Shown here piece after piece: positions 38,627 to 46,881 of a stretch of 64,000 nt of DNA. This stretch comes from Candidatus Babelota bacterium. GTDB taxonomy: Bacteria; Babelota; Babeliae; Babelales; GCA-2401785. Where the stretch lies: contig VHBT01000001.1 in NCBI GenBank assembly GCA_016871815.1, positions 11,925 to 75,924 on the forward strand. The letters are read 5' to 3'. The notes under the pieces are model-generated. The model was not told the origin of the DNA and ran no database searches. It worked only from the letters and a program-made list of their open reading frames with translations. Position 1 is the stretch's first letter. Every line of letters begins with the position of its first letter. Both the position numbers and the translations under genes were made by a program.

Positions 38627-41600
38627 TTAGCTTGTTGTACGAAGCCCTCCTGGTGTTATATTAAACTGAGAAGTACCAAAAACACCACTGACAACGCCTG
38701 TTGTAGGATCCTCTGCTCGAATAATATCTCCAAAATTCAAAGAAACCCTTGTCCCTGATGGAAACTCCAAATAATAGTTGCCATCGGGCAGATAGTAATC
38801 GATTGCTCTTCTCAGAAGAGATGTATATTTAGATAAATTTCGCACAATTTGATATCCAGAACTTTCTGACGTTGCAAAAAACGCTCGCTGCAATACCGCT
38901 TGAAATAACGTACGACCGCCTGAAACAGACCCATCTACCGCTCGAACAAGTCCACCTCCATAAATCTCTCCAGCCTGATTATCCCACTTCATTGGCAATA
39001 TTAAATTATCTAAGCCAGCTGGAGCATAATAATTTTGACCAAACACAAGTGCTCCTCCCTCTGAAATATCAAGAACGGCCTGTGACTTAAAATAAAACTC
39101 ATTAATAAATCCACGCGTTGATTCGTTATAATTCAATCCAAGCTCGACAACTCCGCGATCCCCAATTTTTAATGTACCTTTATCACTAAAATTCAAATTA
39201 AAAAATCCATGATTAAAAGAGCAACGCGCTTCCATAGAATATGCATCTGCTATTTTTTGACGAGGAACACTCACCCCAATACTTCCTGCTCTAAAAACTT
39301 TAAAATCAAAAAAGTCTGCATCTGTCATACCAATTGTTAACAATCCATCTCCAACATTGAGCGAACCATTTGTTGCAATATTTACCTTGCCACGTCCTTT
39401 TATAACAAGGCGATGGTGATCGGAAACATCAAGCAAAGCAAAATCACTAATAACCAGCTCTGGACGGTTATCATCATAATTTCTTGGATTTTCGATAGAA
39501 ATTGTTTCAACAAACGTTGAACCCTCAAAAATAATTTGTGAACCATCAGAAAAGCGAACCGTTCCATTACCACGAAACCGCAACGTAGAGTTTTTTGGCA
39601 AACGTAAATCATACCCCTGAGGAGTTCCTGTACCCCAACGAGGAATAAATCCTTCATTGTAATGACCAAATGTTAAAATTGCGCCATTTGCCAAATCAAA
39701 AATAAGCTCAGCATCTTCATCGATTTCAAGATCCCCAAGAATATTAAAGTTACTATTAATTGTCATGATATTCTGCCCCTTAGTTACGTACAAGACGTCT
39801 GTCTCTTTGAGCCCCGCAAACGTTCCTTGTGATGGCGTTTGCAATGAAGCAGGATCTCTAAGCGGAATCGGCGTATATGGACGAACACGATTTTGCTCCA
39901 GCTTTGATCCTCCCGTTAAACTTGCACTAAAAGGAATCCAATTATCTGGCAAAAATCTATGTACAGAACCACCACCAGTCAGCGCAACAGCTCCAACAGC
40001 ACGAGACAAGGCAAGACGACCCATCACCCGAACGGTAGGCGCAGGAACAGAAATTCTTCTTCTTGTTTCAAGAGAACGAGTGAAAACGGTTTCATCCAAA
40101 TATGCTGAATAATCTCGTTCTGCTTTTTCCCGAATATTTTCAAATTCTTTTAAATGATACGCAGTCCACAAATCACCCATCAAATCAGAAAAAAGCGAAG
40201 GCGAGCGACTCGTTATAACATCAATTGGGTTTTCAATTCCACTTGAAGATAAATCGGTTCCCTGCCGAATAGAAAATTGTGTTGAAGCAACACGAATTGG
40301 ACTTGTGGTAACAATAATATTTTTTCCAGAAATAAATGAACGCTCGCCCGCGATAATCGATTTATCTTTCAACAAATCCAAAGTAACTTGGTCATTAATA
40401 AAGTTAATACCAGCATTTCCACCAACAGAAGTTAACGTACAAAAACCATCCCCAAGAGTTACTCGCGGAAGATCTGAGCCCGTTTGCAATGCAAACATAA
40501 TATTTAAAATATTTTCAGGAGCTAACCCAAAAAGAACACTTCCACTTAACGTTAAATTATTGTTAAGTAGAACAAGTCCAGAATCCCTACCGTTAACCAT
40601 CAAGCTCATATTTGTATCTCGAGTAATATCGATAACTGAAACACCATCTAACCCTACAACACCAACAATTCGATTGTCATAGGCATCTGTTGTAAACGAA
40701 TACTGAATATGCTCAATACCAATTAATTCAACGTCTTCAAGCATTAAGGTGTTTGATCTAATGTTAAATTGAAACCCTTCATCAGCCGGAGCCAATATTA
40801 ATTTTTTTCGTCCACCATTTCCGCGAATTCTTAAAATATCCGTACGACCAATCATCGTAAAAATACCCGTAGAAAGAGTCGTGTTTTGATCTAACTCAAT
40901 TAAAACGTCATTTGATATATTAAGACGAGCTCCTGTCGGCACATTTAACACCCCATTTGTGATCCGCATTAAATTCAAATTTCTAATCGTTAACGTAACT
41001 CCAGAAGGAACATTTAACTGACCAACTGAACCACGAGCAAACAAAATAGATGTTCCACTTCCGTCAAGAACCGCACTTCCCCCATACGTAATAAATTGAT
41101 TTGTTCGAAGACTTAGGTTTTCAGTCAAAACAATATCGTCAAGAACATCACCATTTAACAATCGACGAGATGCTCCAGAGGTAACCTTATCCATATCTGT
41201 CATAACACGTAACAATCCTTGATTGTATTTTTTTACAAACAACGAATCGTTCCCTTGAAAAAGGGTCAATCCCGTTGTATCTGATGAATCTAGCCATAAT
41301 GTGCAGGCATCAACCATCAATCTTCCTTGAGTGCTTACAAACAACTCATTTTCTTTTATTGAAAAAACAGAATCTGAATTTACATACCACGTACCCGACG
41401 TAAGTGTAATAGTTTCTGCAAGGCTTAAGGTTGAGTCTGAAAAAAAAGCCGTTGAAGTTGGAGTAAGACTCAGGGTGTTTTGCTTCATATTTCCAATTTT
41501 TACACCATTCATTTTAACAACAGCGCCCGTACGAAGATTTAAAATCCCCAAGGCTCTTGTATCAAGAAGACACCCTCCGCCTATAATGTTTGTTTCGCCC

Positions 41601-42391
41601 TCAAAATTCCAGGTTCCCGTAAGCTTTGTCGACCCAGAAAGCTCAAGCGTATGAACATTTTTAAATGTTAAACCCGTATTCCATTGATCAGCTGTCCCCG
41701 AAAACCTCAAAGAGCCTGCTCCTTGTCCATCGACAGTTCCCGGCCCAACCAAATATCCTTCATATCCAAAGGAAAGGTCTGAGTCCAAAATTAATGTTCC
41801 ACCATTCAAATAAATTGGTTTACTTATAACAGTTCCAACAGCCAGCGTAAGAACCGCAGAAGAATTTTCAAGAGTTACCGATTGCTGAAAATACGCATTT
41901 CCCTCAATTCGATTATTTTGATTTCTAACCAAAACAGCACCTGAAATCGGACCAAATGTTGCAGACATCCGAGTATTTCCACCCAAAACAAATTCACCTG
42001 ATGTTAATTGAGTAAAATTACCATACAGCCCAACAGCAGTCGTTCCTGATTCATGAACATATCTACCATCTTCCGTAACTCGAATTTCACCATAAACAGT
42101 CGCTCCTTCTTCTTGCGTAACCGTTCCTCCAACAACCTCAAACACCCCTGAATTTAGAAATAATTTTGATCCTGCATTTAAATTCATCGTTGAATAGGGC
42201 GAGGAAAAGTTAAAAGGCTTTGCGGTAGGCTTATTATTAAAAACCTTATTCAAAAGATCTTCCATCGCAAGATGAGAAGGCGAAGGCAACGCGTGCGATG
42301 AGGTATAAAATGGCTTACGCGAAAAATACGCCCCAGAATCTCCACTCAAAAAAATAAGTCCAACCCACAGTAATACTAAGTAAACACGCAT
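38627..42391 (-). CDS. Large secreted repeat protein, beta-helix/adhesin-like
   Basis: 1254-aa uninterrupted ORF. Signal peptide MRVYLVLLWVGLIFLSGDSGA. G/N/S/T/L/V-rich composition with many short degenerate repeats (e.g. LNGGTLILDSDLSF, GSLRFSGTA, GVTLTIRNLNL, LNVPTGARLNISN). No C-terminal barrel signature of its own. Confidence 0.7.
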   Translation of the reverse strand: MRVYLVLLWVGLIFLSGDSGAYFSRKPFYTSSHALPSPSHLAMEDLLNKVFNNKPTAKPFNFSSPYSTMNLNAGSKLFLNSGVFEVVGGTVTQEEGATVYGEIRVTEDGRYVHESGTTAVGLYGNFTQLTSGEFVLGGNTRMSATFGPISGAVLVRNQNNRIEGNAYFQQSVTLENSSAVLTLAVGTVISKPIYLNGGTLILDSDLSFGYEGYLVGPGTVDGQGAGSLRFSGTADQWNTGLTFKNVHTLELSGSTKLTGTWNFEGETNIIGGGCLLDTRALGILNLRTGAVVKMNGVKIGNMKQNTLSLTPTSTAFFSDSTLSLAETITLTSGTWYVNSDSVFSIKENELFVSTQGRLMVDACTLWLDSSDTTGLTLFQGNDSLFVKKYNQGLLRVMTDMDKVTSGASRRLLNGDVLDDIVLTENLSLRTNQFITYGGSAVLDGSGTSILFARGSVGQLNVPSGVTLTIRNLNLMRITNGVLNVPTGARLNISNDVLIELDQNTTLSTGIFTMIGRTDILRIRGNGGRKKLILAPADEGFQFNIRSNTLMLEDVELIGIEHIQYSFTTDAYDNRIVGVVGLDGVSVIDITRDTNMSLMVNGRDSGLVLLNNNLTLSGSVLFGLAPENILNIMFALQTGSDLPRVTLGDGFCTLTSVGGNAGINFINDQVTLDLLKDKSIIAGERSFISGKNIIVTTSPIRVASTQFSIRQGTDLSSSGIENPIDVITSRSPSLFSDLMGDLWTAYHLKEFENIREKAERDYSAYLDETVFTRSLETRRRISVPAPTVRVMGRLALSRAVGAVALTGGGSVHRFLPDNWIPFSASLTGGSKLEQNRVRPYTPIPLRDPASLQTPSQGTFAGLKETDVLYVTKGQNIMTINSNFNILGDLEIDEDAELIFDLANGAILTFGHYNEGFIPRWGTGTPQGYDLRLPKNSTLRFRGNGTVRFSDGSQIIFEGSTFVETISIENPRNYDDNRPELVISDFALLDVSDHHRLVIKGRGKVNIATNGSLNVGDGLLTIGMTDADFFDFKVFRAGSIGVSVPRQKIADAYSMEARCSFNHGFFNLNFSDKGTLKIGDRGVVELGLNYNESTRGFINEFYFKSQAVLDISEGGALVFGQNYYAPAGLDNLILPMKWDNQAGEIYGGGLVRAVDGSVSGGRTLFQAVLQRAFFATSESSGYQIVRNLSKYTSLLRRAIDYYLPDGNYYLEFPSGTRVSLNFGDIIRAEDPTTGVVSGVFGTSQFNITPGGLRTTS

Positions 42392-42417
42392 ACAAATTCC
42401 CCTCTCAACGCGAAAAT

Positions 42418-42433
42418 TGTGCTCGACAGCACA
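42418..42433. promoter_or_regulatory. Perfect 16-bp palindrome in the leader of the 1254-aa gene (possible operator or RNA hairpin)
   Basis: TGTGCTCGACAGCACA (6-bp arms, 4-nt centre), 27 nt upstream of the start codon at 42391. Function unknown. Confidence 0.25.
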
Positions 42434-42486
42434 CGCAGAGAGTACGAATATGACTAAAAATCAGTCAATAATTGAGGTAGGGGAAA

Positions 42487-43185
42487 CTATTCCAGCAATC
42501 CTGGTTCTATCTGAGATTCAAGAATTGAACCATTTAAACACTTTACGTCATACGCCCGTTGAGAAAATTTTGTTGAAACAACTTTATATAAACTTGTTTC
42601 TCTGTAATGAAGCAGCACTGATTGATCCTGAGCAACACCAGAACAAATCTCTCCAGACAAAAGATATTCATGATACAACGGCCTTCGATCACTCTCATCG
42701 TTGTAATGAGGACAATTACTTCCCGGTAAAAAACCAAGGCATTCTAAAACAGTTAATTTATGAGGAAGCGAATCTGTTATTCCTTGTTCAAACCAACACA
42801 ATGATCCAGCACTCGTTCCAGAAAGAACAATTCCTTTTTCCCAGGCCTTACGTAAAATAAGATCCAATCCCCACATGCGCCACAACGCAAGCATGTTTTT
42901 AGTATTTCCACCACCAACATAAATAAGATCATGCTCCAACACAAAACGTTCTAAGTCTATGTTTTTTGGCAAGCTAAACAACGATAAATGTCGAGGAATA
43001 CAAGGCAACTGATTAAACGTTTCATAAAAAAGAGTTATATAATACGGTCCATCGCCAGATGCCGTTGGAATAAAAAGAACTTTAGGATTTTGCTTACCAG
43101 TTTGCTCAAGTAAATAACGCTCTACTGCAAATCCTACACGCGAAAAACCAGCACCACCAATTGCTATAATTGTTTTTGTACTCAT
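42487..43185 (-). CDS. Peptidase S51 (dipeptidase E / cyanophycinase-like) family protein
   Basis: 232 aa. FIPTASGD, YVGGGNTKNMLALW and the nucleophile context GTSAGS. Confidence 0.8.
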   Translation of the reverse strand: MSTKTIIAIGGAGFSRVGFAVERYLLEQTGKQNPKVLFIPTASGDGPYYITLFYETFNQLPCIPRHLSLFSLPKNIDLERFVLEHDLIYVGGGNTKNMLALWRMWGLDLILRKAWEKGIVLSGTSAGSLCWFEQGITDSLPHKLTVLECLGFLPGSNCPHYNDESDRRPLYHEYLLSGEICSGVAQDQSVLLHYRETSLYKVVSTKFSQRAYDVKCLNGSILESQIEPGLLE

Positions 43186-44924
43186 TTATTCCTCTGCAAT
43201 TCAAATAATCGCTTAATTTCATCAACTGTTGTTACATCAATCGCTTGCTTATCATCTCGCGTTTGCATAATACGCGGAAATCGTAATGCATAGCCCAATT
43301 CGGTATCTGTTTTTCCCGCCTTGTGTAACGGCGAAATAGTAATTTCATCTGCCCTGACAACAACAACTATTTCTGGAACCACCCAAACATCAGGAGCGTG
43401 CTCACGGGAAACCAAAACATTTCCTGGTTTATGGTCAAAAGAAAAACGATCACAGAGTTCTTTAAGCCCTGCCCATTCAAGCTCCGTTGGACCACTGCCA
43501 CATCGCGCAATCGACTCAAAAAGACACGAAGTCTGATTATACACACCCAAAAGAACAGCCCCAATGCCCAAAAGACTTCGGCTGCCCTTGCCGAAATAAT
43601 AGCCCAACACAACTGCATCAACAGTATCTGCAAGCTCTCCGGTTTCTTTTCGTTTTAATTTTATCCAATTAAAATTTCGCTTTCCCGGGGTGTATGGCGT
43701 ATCATTTCGCTTTACAACAATTCCTTCTAGCCCTTCAGAAATCGCATGCAAAAAAGATGCATCAACGTGTGCTCCAGACGAACAAACAACTTGCGATATC
43801 GGAGCAATCACATCTCCAGCTGGAATAACTTTTTCAAGAACTGCTCGTCGCTCATAATTTGGAAGGTCTATTAAACTTTTACCCTGAGCCCACAAAATAT
43901 CAAAAACAAAAAATTTTAGCGGATGTGACTGCACAACATCTTCATCCAAATGCTTCCTGCCTCGCTTTGCCGTTTCCTGAAAAGGCAAAAAGCTTCCCGT
44001 ATTAACGTCATAACAAATTGCTTCTCCCTCTGCAATTAAAGTTTGCTCTGGAATGGCTAAAACCGCTTGAGTAAGCTCTGGAAAGACATCTGATTTTTCT
44101 TGCAAATTTCGTGAAAAAAATTTCACAACAACTTCACCAGTAACATCTACAAATTTATGTACCTGCAAACGAAATCCATCTAACTTTGGCTGCGAAACAC
44201 ATTCTCCCAATTTATTAAAAATAGCTTCAGGATCTGACATGCGCTCAGCAGCTGCGGGTCTTACTGGAATGCCAGGGGTGATAACAATCGTATCCAATCC
44301 CTGAATGCCAAATAATTTTAATTGATACGTAATCAAACCAATGTCTGCACAAACATTAAACGCATCTTCTATTTTTTGAGAATATTTTTTCGATCCACAC
44401 AGCATCCACGAAAGCGCATCAATAAAAGTCATCTCAGAAAAACCAAGTCGCAAAACCCCTAAAATAATTCTTATAATAACTTTTGATTCTTGCGCCGAAC
44501 TCTCATCCAATAAGGATTTTAACAATGCAGCTTTTTTTTCCTTTGATGCAGATCCAGTTGTTTTTTCTATCGCAACAAGTGCATCATAAATCATCAAAAT
44601 CGAACGCCCAGGCAAAGGCTCAATCCTTTTATGCGAAACACTAAAAGCCTCTGCCAAGTCCTTAGACGAACCAACTTTCAATCGCCACTCATTCGCATCA
44701 AGCACTAGCCATTCTGCAAACAACGGAGACAGCGTTTTTTCTGCCAAATTAAATGCGGTAGATTGATATACTGGATACAACATCCCTGAAATAAGGTATG
44801 AAACAAAACGAGCTTCTTGCGCGTCTAATGACACAAGAAGCCCTGAGAGAATCTTTGTTATTTCTGTTCTTCCGCTTTGGCTTTCTATTTTTTCAAACAC
44901 TGCCACAAGATCAGAAAACAACAT
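43182..44924 (-). CDS. ATP-dependent DNA ligase, three-domain (Lig1/archaeal-like) type
   Basis: 580 aa. Adenylation motif I PKLDG (Lys247), then EGEAI, FVFDIL, EGIVVK and WIKLK. The ~245-aa N-terminal region begins LFSDLVAVFEKIES, typical of the ligase DNA-binding domain. Confidence 0.9.
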   Translation of the reverse strand: MLFSDLVAVFEKIESQSGRTEITKILSGLLVSLDAQEARFVSYLISGMLYPVYQSTAFNLAEKTLSPLFAEWLVLDANEWRLKVGSSKDLAEAFSVSHKRIEPLPGRSILMIYDALVAIEKTTGSASKEKKAALLKSLLDESSAQESKVIIRIILGVLRLGFSEMTFIDALSWMLCGSKKYSQKIEDAFNVCADIGLITYQLKLFGIQGLDTIVITPGIPVRPAAAERMSDPEAIFNKLGECVSQPKLDGFRLQVHKFVDVTGEVVVKFFSRNLQEKSDVFPELTQAVLAIPEQTLIAEGEAICYDVNTGSFLPFQETAKRGRKHLDEDVVQSHPLKFFVFDILWAQGKSLIDLPNYERRAVLEKVIPAGDVIAPISQVVCSSGAHVDASFLHAISEGLEGIVVKRNDTPYTPGKRNFNWIKLKRKETGELADTVDAVVLGYYFGKGSRSLLGIGAVLLGVYNQTSCLFESIARCGSGPTELEWAGLKELCDRFSFDHKPGNVLVSREHAPDVWVVPEIVVVVRADEITISPLHKAGKTDTELGYALRFPRIMQTRDDKQAIDVTTVDEIKRLFELQRNK

Positions 44925-44945
44925 TAAATAACTCCGAAATAGATT

Positions 44946-45022
44946 TGGTAGCGACGCAGGGACTCGAACCCCGGACCTACAGATTATGATTCTGCCGCTC
45001 TAACCAGCTGAGCTACGTCGCC
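44946..45022 (-). tRNA. tRNA with CAU anticodon (elongator Met, or Ile2 if C34 is lysidinylated)
   Basis: 77 nt, hand-folded as GGCGACG-TA-GCTC-AGCTGGTTA-GAGC-G-GCAGA-ATCATAA-TCTGT-AGGTC-CGGGG-TTCGAGT-CCCTG-CGTCGCT-A-CCA. CCA is encoded. Confidence 0.9.
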
Positions 45023-45031
45023 AAAAATTAT

Positions 45032-46678
45032 TTAAAAACGAATCCAACAAGAATCGCGCTTATCAACAAGATAAGTAAACGCCGACTTCAAGAAAAGAAC
45101 GCCTGATAACATGGTAGAAATTATACCAATAATTAAAGTAACTGCAAATCCTTTTATGCTTGGAGAGCCAAATTTTAACAAAATTAATGCTGTTAACATT
45201 GTAGCACCACTCGATTCGAAGATAACCTTCAACGCGCCAGAAAATCCACGAGTAACTGCATCATTAAAAGTAACCCCAGAAGCGAGCAATTCTTTAATTC
45301 GTTCGTAAATCAAAACCGAAGAGTCAATCGCCATACCAACACCAAGAACCATACCAACAATACCAGGAAGCGTGAGCGTTGCATTAAACGCAGACAACAT
45401 CGTCAATGTAAGAAGGAAATTATAAACCAATGCAGAGAAAGCTAAAAGACCTGCATATCCATAATAAAAAAGACCAAAAACAAACAGCATGAACATAGAA
45501 AGCAGACAAGCAAACAGCCCCATTCTTAAAGCGTCTTCACCAAGTTCTGCACCAACCACGCTCTCTTGCTCCATCTTTAATGGTGCTAACAACGCACCAG
45601 ATTTAAGTAAAAGCGAAAATTTTGCAATATGATCAAGCGTAAAGTTTCCAGTAATTCTATTATTCGCGCCAAGTTCCCCTTGAATACGAACGACAGAAAT
45701 AACACGATTATCAATAATAATAGCAACGTCTTTACCAATGTTATCTCGGCTAAATTCACGAAGCTCTCGCGCTCCCTGCATATTAAGTCCAAACGCAATG
45801 CACGGACGGCCATCTTCACCATGGTCAAGTCGAGCACTGTCAATACGATCGCCAGTTAAATCAGGAAACACCGAAACCAAGCACCAGCCGACAGGAGAAT
45901 CATTTTCCCCACCAAGCAAATCCGAGAAAGAAGGAACCATCATACGATCAACAGGAATAACTCCATCATATGCATCAAGAAGCTCTTCTTGTGTTCTTCC
46001 TTGTCGCTCAACTGACTTAAATTCAAGTCGAGCTGTTTTTGTAATTGTTGCTTTTACATCATCAGCAGAAGAAACCCCTGGCAACTGAATAACAAGACTG
46101 TGGCTTCCATGCTTAAAAATACTCAATCCACGAACGCTAAAGTTATCTAAACGCGCCCTTAAAACACCAATTGTTTGATCAACAGAAGTGGATCGCAACT
46201 CTTTTTCTTCAGTAGGAGAAAGGACAACTTTTACCACCGAGGCTTCAACCACAACAGCAAGCTCTTTAACTTGTTCTTTAATAAGATTTGCAAAAGCATT
46301 CGCGTCATCAACAGACTTAAAACTATACTCAATGCCAGCAGCAGAAAGATTTTTTTGTACCGGCTTAGAAACTTTTTTAACTTTTTTAAGAACAGCGTCA
46401 ATGCGTTTGCCATATTCAGACAGCCTATTTTCAACTGCTTTATCAACATCAACACTATACACAAGACGAACACCACCTTGTAAGTCAATACCAAGATTTA
46501 ATGAAGGAATTCTGAGGGATCGAAAAAATCGCTCATGCATGGGAGCATCAGAGCTCAAAAATTTATTTTTATCAAAAGAGACAAGAAATACTGTTGCTGC
46601 AAAAAAACCAACAATCCAGAGGTAAAAATCCGGAACACCAAAAAACAGACTTTTTTTTGCTTTCATTTGCAGCTCCAT
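45032..46678 (-). CDS. secD: Protein translocase subunit SecD
   Basis: 548 aa (start may be Met5, ATG 46666: MKAKKSLFF). N-terminal TM, LGIDLQGGV motif, large periplasmic domain, and a C-terminal bundle of hydrophobic helices. Confidence 0.9.
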   Translation of the reverse strand: MELQMKAKKSLFFGVPDFYLWIVGFFAATVFLVSFDKNKFLSSDAPMHERFFRSLRIPSLNLGIDLQGGVRLVYSVDVDKAVENRLSEYGKRIDAVLKKVKKVSKPVQKNLSAAGIEYSFKSVDDANAFANLIKEQVKELAVVVEASVVKVVLSPTEEKELRSTSVDQTIGVLRARLDNFSVRGLSIFKHGSHSLVIQLPGVSSADDVKATITKTARLEFKSVERQGRTQEELLDAYDGVIPVDRMMVPSFSDLLGGENDSPVGWCLVSVFPDLTGDRIDSARLDHGEDGRPCIAFGLNMQGARELREFSRDNIGKDVAIIIDNRVISVVRIQGELGANNRITGNFTLDHIAKFSLLLKSGALLAPLKMEQESVVGAELGEDALRMGLFACLLSMFMLFVFGLFYYGYAGLLAFSALVYNFLLTLTMLSAFNATLTLPGIVGMVLGVGMAIDSSVLIYERIKELLASGVTFNDAVTRGFSGALKVIFESSGATMLTALILLKFGSPSIKGFAVTLIIGIISTMLSGVLFLKSAFTYLVDKRDSCWIRF

Positions 46679-46701
46679 ATTTAATAATTACCACGTAAAT
46701 G

Positions 46702-46786
46702 TGGTGCCGAGAAGGGGACTCGAACCCCTATGAGTAACCTCGCTGCCCCCTTAAAGCAGTGCGTCTACCAGTTTCGCCATCTCGGC
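46702..46786 (-). tRNA. Class II (long variable arm) tRNA, hand-folded anticodon AAG = tRNA-Leu(AAG)
   Basis: 85 nt: GCCGAGA-TG-GCG-AAACTGGTAGA-CGC-A-CTGCT-TTAAGGG-GGCAG-CGAGGTTACTCAT-AGGGG-TTCGAGT-CCCCT-TCTCGGC-A-CCA. The tRNA call is firm. The anticodon assignment needs software confirmation. Confidence 0.85.
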
Positions 46787-46881
46787 TATTCTTGTTTAGA
46801 AGAATCCATGCAGGAACTCTAACAAAAAGGAACAAACAGCGCAACCCGCTTTTAACACTTTTTTTAAAATATTATCTTTTT

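Noticed and set aside
38627-42391. Large repeat protein as a chlamydial Pmp-type or classical autotransporter
   Set aside because: I found only one GGAL...FGQN combination, not the many GGA(I/L/V)/FxxN repeats of Pmps. The C-terminus has no barrel signature, so it is not a self-contained autotransporter.
42417-42860. 147-aa plus-strand ORF
   Set aside because: It is antisense to the S51 peptidase gene, whose motifs are conserved. No motif or RBS supports it.
44946-45022. tRNA(CAU) as initiator tRNA-fMet, or as an integration hot spot with an adjacent island
   Set aside because: It has a G1-U72 pair rather than a C1xA72 mismatch, and it lacks the three consecutive G-C pairs at the base of the anticodon stem. 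No integrase, direct-repeat copy of the tRNA 3' end or phage genes flank either tRNA.
45032-46678. SecD as a fused SecDF protein
   Set aside because: 548 aa with a single C-terminal helix bundle fits SecD alone. Fused SecDF proteins are substantially longer and have two periplasmic domains.
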